Of a stretch of 64,000 nt of DNA, positions 37,988-49,718 are shown one piece after another; the stretch's first letter is position 1; every line of letters begins with the position of its first letter. The position numbers and the translations under genes are program-made. This stretch comes from Amoebophrya sp. A120 (taxonomy: Eukaryota; Protista; Dinoflagellata), in assembly GCA_905178155.1 (NCBI GenBank), contig CAJINV010000005.1, positions 6,311,207-6,375,206 of the forward strand. The letters run 5' to 3'. The notes beneath the pieces were generated by a model. That model ran no database searches. It saw only the letters and a list, made by a program, of their open reading frames with translations, and was not told the origin of the DNA.

Positions 37988-40900
37988 TTACGGCGCTAAC
38001 GGGACCGGGTGCTGACCGATTTCGGGTTCAAATTGTCTTGTTACACCATCATCGCCAATGTAAGTATCCGGGTCCCTTGCCAACTCTATTCTGAGGAAAA
38101 ATCCCCCCTCCCCATATCGAAAAGGTGCGTTTCCGAAAATTTGTGTTGCTGATTTGAGGTCACAAATCACGTCTGTCTTGCAAGAAGACAAGCGCAGAGG
38201 CTTCCGCACCATTATGGAAGCGATTTGGCATGCTGTTGCGCCTAGGGGACGCCCGTTTGCAATGCTAAGCAACTAGACCTATGCGCCCCTACCTAGGCCG
38301 AGGATCTGGCTGCGATGCCTTACTGCAAGACAAATCCGATTTGTGTACCCAAATCCAGCATCACAGATTTCCACTTCGATATGGGGAGGGGGGATTTTTC
38401 CTTTTGATAAACTCCGCCTGGATTCTAGGTTGCTGCACGATTTTGAAGTCCCGGTACCACTTATTGCAGTGAAAAGTGCCCCCCACCCCTGAAATTGCAA
38501 AATTTGTGATGCGAGGTTTCCAGATGAAAACTTTCTGTCATGCATGGAAGGAGTATGGATCTTTCTGATGCAGAGTCTAGGCGTGTATCGCATCGCTTGC
38601 ATGACAAGCGCCGCTCGTGCTGGGGCCTTTTGCAATACAAATTTTTGCTACTCACGATTGGAAACCTGTGATGCTGATAGATGAAAGAGGGCGAATGTTT
38701 CATTTGGAAAGGTTTGCAATACAAATGCGTTCACGTTCGGGAGTGGGGGCATTTTTCATTGTAATACCACTTGAAGAGCGCGTTGTCCGTCTCGAGCACG
38801 TATGCCTTGCAAATATCGATCTGGGTCAGGGAGGATGCGAAGACGAACTTGTGACGCATGTTGCGGATCATACAAACATCTGTGTAGTCGCGTGAGTTGC
38901 AAAAGGTGCCCACAACTGCTGGCCATGCTGAGAGGGAATTTCCCAGGACTACAGGCATCACCGAGGGGCGGCAGATCATCCTGTGAAGATCATGCTAGGC
39001 CCCCGCCTGCATTCCAGACGTAGTGGAGCAAGCTTGGAGAATAAAACTGCATGACAAATCTCGCATCAATCTTCCAGACCCAGATCGATTATATTTGCGT
39101 TTGGTAGCACGTATCAAATGTAAAAATGTCTGGGTCTGGAAGAGTCGGGGCTTGTCATGCACATTTTGCATGACCCGCGAGGTCTGTGATGCCGGTGCTA
39201 GCATCATAGATTTTTTGAGAGCTTCTTGATGGTAATTACGCATGAGAAATGCCCTCCCCGCGTGCCAAGAGCTGACTCCTCTTGCTGCTCATGCAACACA
39301 GATATTTTTACAATCCACAGACAGCATTACAAGTTCCACTCTTCCAGCCCCAGATCGATATTTGCATTTGGTAGCACGAGGTCGTTCACGATAGCCGCCC
39401 GCACCGCATCCGCGCCTTGCACGGGAGCAGCCAAAACCCTATCCTGTGCAAAAGTATCGTACTCGTACTAATCGCATTCATGCATTACAAATTTCGTTCT
39501 CAGGTTAAATCCGCATTACAAATTTTCTTTCTCATGCTGAGAAAATTTGTCATGCGATTTATACTAGTACGATGCTTTTGCATTTCATAAACCCGGCCAT
39601 CCGGCAAATTCGCACCGTTCAGGTCCTGTTCCTGGTTTGGTTGCCACACGCCCGAGTTCGGTGCGAGGTTCCGCAGGCGTGCGGCCACCGCCGCGGGGCT
39701 GTTGTCACCGCTGTGCCCGCCCCCAGGTCCCGACAACTGGAACACCTTCTTCTATTGAGAGGAAAAATCCCCCCTCCCCATATTGAAAAGGCATGCCACG
39801 AAAAATTTGTGATGCTGATTTGTGACCACAAATCCTGCCTCTCTTGCAAGGGGGCAAATCCAAAGAGTCCGCCACTTTATGCGGACGATTTGTCATGCTG
39901 TTACGCCTACATCGAAGGCCTCTGTTATGCTCCTAAGCACCTACACAAAAACGCCCCTACGCAGGCTGAGGCCGCCTGCAGTGCCTCATTGCAAGACAGA
40001 GCTGATTTGTGTAAGTACACAGATCCAGCCACAGAAATTTCCGTTTCAATATGGGGAGGGGGGATTTTTCATTTTGATATCTTCGCTTCCACGACAAGGT
40101 ATTGACTTTTCTGAAGTGGTATCAAATGTAAAAATGTCTGGGTCTGGAAGGTTGGAACTTGTGATGCTGTCTCTGGATTCTAAAAAATTTGCATTGCATG
40201 ACCAGCAACAGAACTCCAGTTTGTGCTACACGGAGAGGGCATTCCTCATGCGGTAGAGGCATCACAAAGGCCTCTAAAAATCTGTCATGCTAGAGCATGC
40301 ATCACAGACATCATGAGTCTTTCAGAATATGCATGACAAACCTGGCAAGCTTCCAGACCCAGACATTTTTACATTTGATAAGTGGCTCGTTTGACGCCGG
40401 AACCATCCACACCCGGGGGTTCGCGCCCCCGGCGCCGACCGGTGCTCGGCCGTTCACAAACAACCCTCGAAGCTCCTCGGTGTTGGTATGGATTGTAAAA
40501 ATGTCTGGGTCTGCTGGAAACTTGTGATGCTGGGTGGCGTATCATGAAGAAGCCACAAGTGCTGGCTCAGCATGGCAAGTTTGTGAGCTTCTTCTAGGTG
40601 TTGATGCCTATTGTGCATGGCAAACTGCGTTTCTGCATGGCAGCAAAATGGGTCTCTTTGGTCACGTGCATGAGAGATTTAAGAGTCATGCCAGACAAGC
40701 ATGACAAACATGCACTCTTCCAGACCCAGACACTTTTGCATTTGATAGTTGGTGTAACAGTACAACTTCTTGCGTCTTTCTCCGCCGGCGTTCCGTTGCG
40801 AATAGTCAATCACCAGTAGCAAGTCGGGTATCGCGAACATGTTTACAGGATCTACTATCCAGTGCAAATTATATCGATCTGGGTCTGCAAGATTTTTGCC

Positions 40901-43900
40901 AGGTTAAGGTTTGTCATGCAGGTTTTTTTGCATGAGCTCCATGATCGATCTGTGATGTATGCCCTAGCATCTTCACAGAGTTTATAAGGGCTTCTTGCTG
41001 CCTACCCCGTATGTTGTCAAATGCCCTTCATTCCGCGTAGCAAAAATTGGGCGCCTCGTCTTGCTGCTCATGCAATACAGATTTTTTTAGCATGATCCAA
41101 ATGCAGCATCACAGGTCTGGCTCGTCTTCCAGACCACCCAGATCGATGTTTGCAATGCATATCTTCCCCGCCTTCGCAAGACCCCGGAGCCGTCCACCCT
41201 CGGCCGGCGGCGGTCAGCCGGGCCTGTGGATCTGTCGTGGCCGGGTTGCCTTGCGTAGGCTCGGTCTGGCCGGGGGGAGGACCACCACCACCATCTCCAC
41301 CACCACCGCCGGCAGGGGCAGGAGGCAAGGGCATGGGGTACTGACCGATCATTTCCTGAAAGCGTTGCGCGAAATTAGGGTCCGCGTCCGCTTCCCGCTG
41401 CAACAGCTATGCATTGCAAAAGTACTATCGTACGCGTAGTATTGCAATACAAATTAGCTCAGCATGAAAAATGGAATTTCTCATGCTGATTTAGCTTGAA
41501 AAAGAAATTTGTCTTGCATGACTGCGATTAGTACGAGTACGATACTCTTGCACAGGATACGCGCGGTTGGTGCGCGATCTTCCTATCAACTGTAAAAATC
41601 CCTGGATGTCTGGAAGAATCCAACTTGTCATGCTAATTTTGGACTCTAAAAAAATCTGTATTGCATGAGCAGCAAAGAGAGTCCAAGTTTTGCTACACGG
41701 AAAGAGCATTTGTAATGCGGTACTATAGGCATCAGGAAGCCCTCACAAAATCTGTGATGCTAGGGCATGCATCACAGGTACAACTATCAGGAGTCATGCA
41801 AAACGTGCATGACAAACCTGGCAATCTTCCAGACCCAGACATTTTTACATTTGATACTTCCACAGCCGGTACCACTCGTAGAGCCGGTTCGGCCATCAAA
41901 TGCAAAAATGTCTGGGTCTGAAAGAGTGCTAGGTTTGTCTTTGTCATCATGCAGGTTATCCATAACCCGCGCGGTCTGGCATGCACGGCCTCACATGACA
42001 GCTTCTGTGCGATCTCTATCATGCCTTTCCTGCATCAGAAACTACCTCTAAACTTGTTCAGAAGTGGACCTCTTTTGGTAATCATGCAACACAAATTTTT
42101 CCACGATCCAGATGTAGCATGACAAGTTACACTCTTCCAGACCCAGACATTTTTGCAATGCATATCTGGCCCGAGACCAGTTCGGTAACGATTGCGGTTT
42201 GAACATGGGCGGGCATGTATCGCCAGAAAAAACTGTTTCACTGTAAACTTGTAATGCAGAAAATGCATTTCATAAAGTGCTTGTCTTGCTACACATGCAA
42301 GACAGTGGATTTGTAGCTGTGTTTTCCGTTAGGAACCTTGCATGGCAAATTTTCCTTGTCATGTAGAACAAACTTGTGATGCAAAACCTGCAAAATCCTT
42401 ACAGTGAAACACTTTTTTCGTACGATAGCATGTCAGATATATCGGGTCTGGCTTCGCGTCGAAACCGTGCCTCGACCTGGGGCGCGTCGTTCGCGTCGTT
42501 CCCGCCGTCCGCCTCCCTATGGCGTTCTACTCAAATGTTACATTCGCAACTGTAGTTACATGAATGTGTAATCCTAAACCGACCGAAGCCACAAACGTAA
42601 CCCATATTTATTAGGGCACCTTTCCGCAGATGGTCAGGCCACCGGGTCGCGGCGTCAGGCGGACCGAAGCCATCACCATCTTGTTCACACTCGGGCACAT
42701 CACCATCTTCACACATGAACTTGTAATGCAAGAACGGCAAAAATGAATGGGGGAAGCTTGCGCCTTTTGCATTACAGATACTTGGCACAGATTTACATGC
42801 TGTTTAGCCCCGTTGGAGCTTTGTCATGCGAAGCAGCTTAATGGTGGCGATCTTGGTGGCAAATTTGCAAGACAAATCATGTAGCAGTTGAGAATGTAAC
42901 ATTTGAGAGTCCTCCCATACTCCCCACCCGCGCCGTTGAGCTTAAACAGATCCCGCCCGCGCAGGACCAAAAAGCGACCGGCGTGCAGTAGCGCGTTGGT
43001 GTGCAGGCGCCCTCGAACGTCATACCAATCGCGGCCAAGTGTGGGGTCCGTCGGATAGTTGAGGAGGCGTCTGCGGGTATCCTGAGTAAAAACGTACCCA
43101 CACCAGAGTCAGGATGGGGATTTTGCAACACAAACCTAGGAGTTTTGTGAGTCACGCATGACAAGTTGCGCTCTGCAGTGTAGTGCAGGTTAGCAAGTGC
43201 AGCCGCGTCACAGATTCATCTGCTCATCCTGTTCACAGCATCACAAATTCCAAAACACGATTGGAAATGGCTCTCATGGGGATGCACATTACAAGTCTTC
43301 CTGTCTTTGCAAATCTGCATTACAACTCTGGTGTGGGTACGCTTTTACTCAGGATATCGGGTCTCCGGGTGGTTTTCATAGCAGTACAGGCTTTTGTTCG
43401 TGTTGTCCAGCACCAACAGCAGGTCCACAATGGGTTCAGCGGTGTAAATATCCTCTCCTTCAGGATCGCAGGTGTCGTCGACCCTCCACGTGACGTTCGC
43501 TCGCATCAGGGTAGCTGCTATCAAATGCAAATATGTCTGGGTCTGGAATAAATTTGTGATGCAAGGAGGGGAATAGTGAGCTCACTGTAATGCGCTGCCA
43601 AGCATGACAAGTTTTCTGCATGGTTCTGAGTTGGTGATTCTGCATGAGAAACTGCGTTTTTGCATGACAGGGAGTACTAGCGGCTCTTCGCGGCCGCGCA
43701 ATACAGAGCTCAGAGTCATGCCAGACCAGCATGACAAATCTCGGAATCTCCCAGAGGACCCAGACATTTTTACATTTGATAGCCGCGGCTGCACCGGCCG
43801 TGGCGGGGTTGCCCATCATGGCGAGCTGGCCCGGTGTGTACGTAGGGCCGGCTCCATTCGTGCCAAAAAGCACGCCCGACTTCCTATCAAATGCAACCAT

Positions 43901-46900
43901 GTCTGGGTCTGGAAACTTGTGATGCAAGGAAGGGACTAGTGAGCACACAACTACTTATCATGCGCTGCCAAGCATGACAAGTTTTTCCGTGGTTCTGAGT
44001 TGCGTACTTCGCATGAGAAACTGCGTCTTTGCATGACAGGCAAGAGGAGCTCTTTGTCGCGGTGACGGTGCAACACAGAGTTCAGAGTCATGCCAGACTA
44101 GCATGACAAGTCTCGCATCAACTTCCCAGACCGCAAGACATATTTGCATTTGATACTTCCAGTCGCTGTACCACTGCGGCAAAAATCGCGACAGCTCTTC
44201 CGCGTGCTGATCGCGCAGAGTGTACGGGTCCGCGCTCGCCACGACGATTCCCTATCAAATGCAAAAATGTCTGGGTCTGCAATGTTGGCGGGTTTGTCAT
44301 GCATATTTTGCATGGCCCAGGGTTGTGTGTGATGCATGTCCTTCCATCACAGACTTTTAGAACCCTTCCTGATGCCTACGCCGCATGACAAATGCGCTCC
44401 CCGCGTAGCACAAACTGGACTCCTCTTGCTGGTCATGCAATACAGATTTTTTTACCGTCCAGAGTTAGCATGACAAGTTGCAATCTTCCAGACATCCAGG
44501 GATTTTTGCAATTCATATTCCGCGATTGGGCACGACAGTCCTCGCGAGGAGGCCCGGAATGTCGCGGGGGATGGCTCCGTTCGTCAGGGTTTGGCGGAGG
44601 TCAGCCTGCGGAAGCACCATCTGCGCATTTTGGAGCACCACGAAGTTTTTCAGCTGCAGGTTTTCCCCAGCAACGTTGGCCCGCACACTATTCGGGTTTC
44701 GTTTCCGCTGGTACAAAGCCTTCCGCAGGGCTGCGTTGGAGTGGAAACAGTACAGGACTTTGCGTGCCGGATCCTGGTATGGATTGCAAAAATGTCTGGG
44801 TCTGGAAGATTGATGCAACTTGTCATGCTAAATCTGGATCATGCAAAAATCTGTGTTGCATGAGTGCCAAAAGCTGCCCACTTTCGGCCAAGTTGGGAGG
44901 GGATTTCTCATGCAGGATAGGCATTAGAAAAGTCTCGCAGAATCTGTCATGCTAAGTCCTACATACCAGACCTCATGGCTCATAGAAAACCTGCATGACA
45001 AATCTGGCAATCTTCCAGACCCAGACATTTTTGCAATCCATACCTGGAAGTCCGCTACCACCATCAGGTTGGTGATCGGCGTCTGCAACGGCAAGGGGGT
45101 TGGCGGTGCCGCGTTGTCGGTCGCGGCCCGCACGTGCGCGACCGGGAGCTGCAGGGCCGCCCGCGGCTTCGACTTCGGGCTGGTAAACTATCCTATGTAA
45201 AAACGGGGCCCACACACCAGAGTCAAGATGGGAACTCGGCTAAACAAATCCACAAGCTTTGGCTGTTTTGCATGACAGATTTGGACTCGTAGTGTAGTGC
45301 TGTTTGAGCTGGCTCAGCAGCATCACAGATCTAGTATATCATGCTGATTGGAGCATGACAAATTCCGAAACACGACAAAACAATGCTTGTCATGGGGCTT
45401 CACATGAGAAACATCTTCGGCATGCAGAATTGCATGACAACTCTGGGGACGCCGACGCTGTTGCTCAGGATATAAACTCGCAGTTGACCATCTTCCACGG
45501 CCCGGCCACGCCGCCTGCACTATCCAAGAGAAAAAAGCTGGCAGGGCATTACTATCTATTATATTCATGCAAAAGTAGAGGTCTACAGAGGGTGGAAGAG
45601 AGGTGGCCGAGAGGTAAAAAAGAGGTCGACAGAGGTCAAAAAGAGGTCGACAGAGGTGGAGAGGTGGCGCGGGAGGTCATTCGAGAGGGTGGCCGAGAGG
45701 GTGCGCGAGTATAGCCCGCCGAAGGGCTCGCCCTAAAGCCGCGCCTATAGGGACCAGAGGGGGCCGAGAGGGTCCAGAGAGGGTAAGCGAGAGGTGGACA
45801 GAGGTGCCGAGAGGTTGCGCGAATAAGGGCGAACCTCTCGCGCACCCTCTGAGCCACCTCTCGGCCACCTCTGTAGACCTCTACCGGCGAGTATAGCCGG
45901 ATTATTAGCAACACCTCTCGGGAGAGGTCAAAAAGAGGGTCTGCGAGAGGGTCAGAAAACCCCGAATCCGCCCGGCACGCGGCCGGTTTTGTTTGGGCCT
46001 TTTCATCGCGCAGGCCCGCACCCTCTCGCGCTACCCTCTCGCGCACCCTCTCGCGCACCCTCTCGCGCCACCCTCTCGCGCCACCCTCTCGCGCTACCCT
46101 CTCGCGCCCCCCTCTCGTGCCAACCATTTCCGCCGGGAGGCAAATAGGGCGGGGGCGGGATGGTGATCAAAAAAGGGCAGCGCGGCCCCCGTTCTGCTTC
46201 CTTCGGCACCTATGTCGAGGTGGCTTCTCTTCTCCCCCAGGCTTCGTTGCAGTTGCTCCCTGCGCATAGCGCCAGCAGGCGCGGGAAGCGCGCGGGAGGC
46301 CGCGCGGGCTGACATGGCGCAAACCGGCGCCAGTAGTTCCCCCGGTCTGTCACGCTGTGCCCAAAGACCCGGCGCTGCGGTCCGACCCGCGCATTGTCCT
46401 GCCCCGCCACAACAGCCTTGCGCTCCGGCGGTAGCCGGAGCATGGCTGGTATTTGTAATGCAAAAATGAATACGCAGAAAAATTTGTCATGGGTGGCCTC
46501 ATAGCATGCTGCTTCGGATATGCAACGCAGGCGCTTTTGTGTATTTATTTTTGCATTACAAATATGCCCTGCCAGCTTTTTTCTGTGTGATATGCACCCC
46601 CCGCGGGGAGGCGTGAGGTGAAATCGACTTCGTTGGTCTTCTTGTGCTGGGCCTTCCACTGAGTGAAAAATTTCACAATGTTGATCTCCAGGTCTTGCTT
46701 CATCTGCCGCTTCATATCACGCAACATCTGCGGCGTGTGGCCGTTCGTCCGCTGCCAGACTGAAGTGGGAGATTGCAGGACGGAATAATCCTCGATGCTC
46801 TGCGCTACGTCTTCTCTCTGTTCAATCGTCACTAGGTTCTGGTTGCCGTTACCCGCACCGAACAAATGCTCCATGCGCAGCACTAGGTACGACTCCTCCT

Positions 46901-49718
46901 CCAGGTCCTTACGCTTCGCTTGTGTCATATCAACTGCAACAATCCCTGGATGTCTGGAAGAGCAGTCGGGGCTTGTCATGCAAATTTTGCATGACCCGTG
47001 AGGTCTGTGATGCTGGTGCTAGTACCATCACAGATTTTTTGAGAGCTTCTTGATGCAAATCACGCATGAGAAATTATGCCCTCTCCGCGTGCCAAGAACT
47101 GAGTCCTCTTGCTGCTCATGCAACACAGATATTTTTACCGTCCGCAGACAGCATTACAAGTTCCAACTTTCCAGACATCCAGTGCTATTTGCAATCCATA
47201 GGTCACGCCGTCCCGTAAATAATTCTGCGGGTGGCGCCACACGTAAGCGTAGTCATATCACAGTGAAAAATGCCCCCCACCCCTGAAATTGCAAGAGTTT
47301 GTGATGCGAAGTTTCCAAATGAAAGCTTTTTGTCATGCATGAAAGGAGTACGAATCTTTCTGATGCAGATTCTAGTCGTGTTTCGCATTGCTTGCATGAC
47401 AAGCACCGCTCTTGCTGGGATCTTTTGCAATACAGATTTTTGCTATTCACGATCGAAAATCTGTGATGCTGATACACGCAAGAGGGCGAATGTTTCATTT
47501 GGAAAGATTTGCAATACAAATGCTTCCAAGTTCGGGGGTGGGGGCATTTTTCATTGTAATAAGTCATACCAGGAATTCTGATACAGATTGCTGTTTCGGT
47601 CCATCGCTGCGCGCCTGCGCCAATCGATATGCAAATCGGGGTGCGTCAACGTCTTCCCCTGGGAAAGGTCCGAGCGCGTCTGTGTCGAGTCTTCCAGGCA
47701 GGTGATCTCCTTCCGCCGCTGCCGGCCGCCCAAAGTGGCCCCGTCGCGCCGGTCTTTACTTAGCCCCCAAAGGTAGTCGCTGTGCGAAATATCGTCCTGC
47801 AGGTAGCCCGTCCGGGAATAGTCGACCAAGAGGAGCAAGTATCGCAAGAAAAAACTGTTTGACTGTGAACCTGTGATGCAGAAAATCGAACACAGAACGA
47901 TTTGTCTTGCTACACCTCCTACAAGGCGTTGGATTTTCGTGTTAGCTTTCCCTTTGGAAGTGCACATGACAAATTTATTTCAGTGTCATGTGTAACAAAC
48001 TTGTGATGCAGATCTTGCAAAATCATCACAGTGAAACAGTTTTTTCGACGTGGGATAGCAAGTCCTTGATTTTCTCTTTCGAGGCAAAGTCGAAATCGGT
48101 CTATCAAATGTAAAAATGTCTGGGTCTGGAAGAATGCAACTTGTCATGCTAAATCTAAATGATGCAAAGATCTGTGTTGCGTGAGTGCCAAAAGCTGTCC
48201 GCTTTTGACCAAGTTGAGAGGGAGTTTCTCATGCAGGAAAGGCATGATAGACACCTCAAAGAATCTGTCATGCTGAGTCTCGCATTCCAGACCTCATGCG
48301 TCATGGAAAACCTGCATCACAAATCTTGCATTCTTCCAGACCCAGACATTTTTACATTTGATACGGTCGGCTCGCAGTTGATAAACGTGAAGCCCTTCTG
48401 CTTCAGCGCCTCCAGGCCAGAATGTTCCGGCGCATTATTCATGGTGACGTTCGCAGCCAGTTTTTGCTGCAGAAGGCCGCCACCGCCGCCGCCCCCACCA
48501 CCGCCGCCGCCGTTACCACCGCCGCCGCCGTTACCACCGCCGCCGCTACCACCGCCGCCGGCACCACCGCCGCCACCGCCGCTACCACCGCCGCTACCAC
48601 CGCCGCCGCTGCCACCGCCGCCGCTACCACCACCGGCACCGCCGCCGCCACCGGCACCGCCGCCGCCACCGCCGCCGCCTCCCAAGGAAGGATCATCCTT
48701 GGGATATGGATGTGTCAGAATCGAAATTCGCAAAATCGAAAAATTTGTAATGCATAAAATGTAGGGCACGTATGGCCTGTGCTGGGGAGCAGGCAAATGA
48801 GACCGATTGCAAGCCTGTTTGGGGCAAGGCGATGCGCCCCAGAGTAGCACGACAGGAGCAGTCTTCCTTGCCCAAACAGCATGACAGACTGGATTTTGTT
48901 GCTCCCGAAATTTGTCATGCCCCACTTGGAAACTGCGGCTGCAACTGGTATCGATTTTGTGCATCACAAGTTTTTCGATTTTGTCAATTTCGATTCTGAC
49001 ACTTCCATATGGGAGCAGTGATTGATAAGCCCGGCTGCTGCTGCGCATTGGAATTATTATGCTCCACGGAAGCAAAATAGTATCAACTGTAAAAATGTTT
49101 GGGTCTGGAAACTTGTGATGCTAAAATGTGCATGATGAAAACACTTCCGAATGCAGTCCGGCATGACAACTTCCCAAAACGCTTTCTCATAGGCAACCCG
49201 CATGAGAAACTGCGTCTTTGCATGACAAAAGAGGCTGCGACTTTTGTTGGTTATGCAATACAGATTTTCTAGGTATGGAAAGCTAGCATTACAAGTTCCA
49301 ACCTTCCAGACCCAGACATTTTTACAATCCATAAATACACCGCGAGACCGATTCCAGTCCCGACAACCACGCAGACTGCAAGGATAATAGCGACAATGGC
49401 AAGGGCACTGCAGCCAGCTGCGGGGGTCGTCCTTGTGGATGACCCTGGCTCCTGATTCTCATCGAAAACGAGCTGATTTTCTTCGTCGGCAGCAACATGA
49501 TCTTCAGCGTAGTGGTAGTAGTATTGCTGATGCGGCACAACTGCAGTCTGCGTGCCGCCCGGTTGTCCTGCGAGGACGATGTTGTCCTGCTGTGGAGAGA
49601 TTTGCGGCGGAGGTGGCGTAGTTGCGGTGCTGTCCAAAACTACAACACCATCGTGGCCACGGTGCAGCTCCATATCGTGATAAGAAGTCGCGACGTGCTG
49701 CGGATGCTGATGTTCCAT
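37988..49718 (-). CDS. Type II membrane protein, ~1156 aa: TM anchor, poly-Gly linker and four copies of an unrecognised ~200-270 aa domain; 27 introners
   Basis: ATG 49718 to TAA 37988 is continuously open after removing 27 elements plus 5 nt each (3471 nt). TM ALAIVAIILAVCVVVGTGIGLAVYF. Internal repeat motifs recur across splice junctions. Confidence 0.85.
38087..38409. mobile_element. TIR introner F3
   Basis: TSD AACTC/AACTC, frame restored. Confidence 0.95.
38462..38766. mobile_element. TIR introner F4
   Basis: TSD CCACT/CCACT, frame restored. Confidence 0.95.
38801..39106. mobile_element. TIR introner F2, left member of twin
   Basis: TSD GCACG/GCACG, shared with the next element. Confidence 0.9.
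39112..39373. mobile_element. TIR introner F2, right member of twin
   Basis: TSD GCACG/GCACG. Confidence 0.92.
39440..39589. mobile_element. TIR introner F1
   Basis: TSD AACCC/AACCC, frame restored. Confidence 0.95.
39753..40079. mobile_element. TIR introner F3
   Basis: TSD TCTTC/TCTTC, frame restored. Confidence 0.95.
40120..40380. mobile_element. TIR introner F2
   Basis: Perfect ~30-bp TIR, TSD AGTGG/AGTGG. Confidence 0.96.
40487..40747. mobile_element. TIR introner F2
   Basis: TSD GTTGG/GTTGG, frame restored. Confidence 0.95.
40856..41161. mobile_element. TIR introner F2 (degenerate)
   Basis: TSD TCTAC/TCTTC, frame restored. Confidence 0.88.
41408..41559. mobile_element. TIR introner F1
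   Basis: TSD decayed (ACAGC/CGCGC), but plus-5 removal restores frame. Confidence 0.88.
41584..41856. mobile_element. TIR introner F2
   Basis: TSD CTTCC/CTTCC, frame restored. Confidence 0.95.
41894..42164. mobile_element. TIR introner F2
   Basis: Left end CAT instead of TAT, TSD TCGGC/TCTGG decayed, frame restored. Confidence 0.88.
42218..42427. mobile_element. TIR introner F6
   Basis: TSD GCATG/GCATG, frame restored. Confidence 0.93.
42518..42919. mobile_element. TIR introner F8 with internal filler insertion
   Basis: TSD CTCCC/CTCCC, frame restored. Confidence 0.9.
43078..43356. mobile_element. TIR introner F7
   Basis: TSD GCGGG/TCGGG, frame restored. Confidence 0.94.
43519..43781. 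mobile_element. TIR introner F2
   Basis: TSD GCTGC/GCCGC, frame restored. Confidence 0.93.
43885..44155. mobile_element. TIR introner F2
   Basis: TSD CTTCC/CTTCC, frame restored. Confidence 0.94.
44253..44517. mobile_element. TIR introner F2
   Basis: TSD TTCCC/TTCCG, frame restored. Confidence 0.93.
44778..45042. mobile_element. TIR introner F2
   Basis: Perfect ~34-bp TIR, TSD CCTGG/CCTGG. Confidence 0.96.
45189..45472. mobile_element. TIR introner F7
   Basis: TSD TAAAC/TAAAC, frame restored. Confidence 0.9.
45521..46592. mobile_element. Long (1072 bp) TIR introner F14 carrying ~900 bp of repetitive GC-rich cargo
   Basis: TIR AGAAAAAAGCTGGCAGGGCAT, TSD TGCAC/TGCAC, frame restored (GGA|GGVAGPW). 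Confidence 0.92.
45576..46120. repeat. GAGAGG/CCTCTC fold-back and minisatellite inside the long introner
   Basis: GTAGAGGTCTACAGAGG at ~45576 is inverted at ~45868-45884. Tandem (CCCTCTCGCGC(T/C)A)n at 46021-46120. Confidence 0.85.
46928..47200. mobile_element. TIR introner F2
   Basis: TSD TGTCA/GGTCA, frame restored. Confidence 0.92.
47256..47561. mobile_element. TIR introner F4
   Basis: TSD AGTCA/AGTCA, frame restored. Confidence 0.95.
47840..48057. mobile_element. TIR introner F6
   Basis: TSD GCAAG/GCAAG, frame restored. Confidence 0.93.
48102..48363. mobile_element. TIR introner F2
   Basis: Perfect ~37-bp TIR, TSD CGGTC/CGGTC. Confidence 0.96.
48476..48683 (-). repeat. (CCG/CCA)n coding repeat encoding a poly-Gly linker
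   Basis: About 70 codons of G with S/N/A in frame of the 37988..49718 gene. Confidence 0.9.
48705..49009. mobile_element. TIR introner, family F9 (GTGTCAGAATCGAAAT)
   Basis: TSD TGGGA/TGGGA, frame restored. Confidence 0.95.
49081..49333. mobile_element. TIR introner F2
   Basis: TSD AATAG/AATAC, frame restored. Confidence 0.93.

Noticed and set aside
4591-41559. U12-type introns, because some ends read ATATCCTG or GTATCCTG in transcript sense
   Set aside because: Only a minority of ends match. Positions 4-7 and the first base vary freely, and there is no consistent AC/AG 3' end or U12 branch consensus.
48159-48764. Plus-strand poly-Pro and poly-Ala/Thr ORFs
   Set aside because: Shadow frames of the minus-strand poly-Gly exon; they begin or end inside introners.
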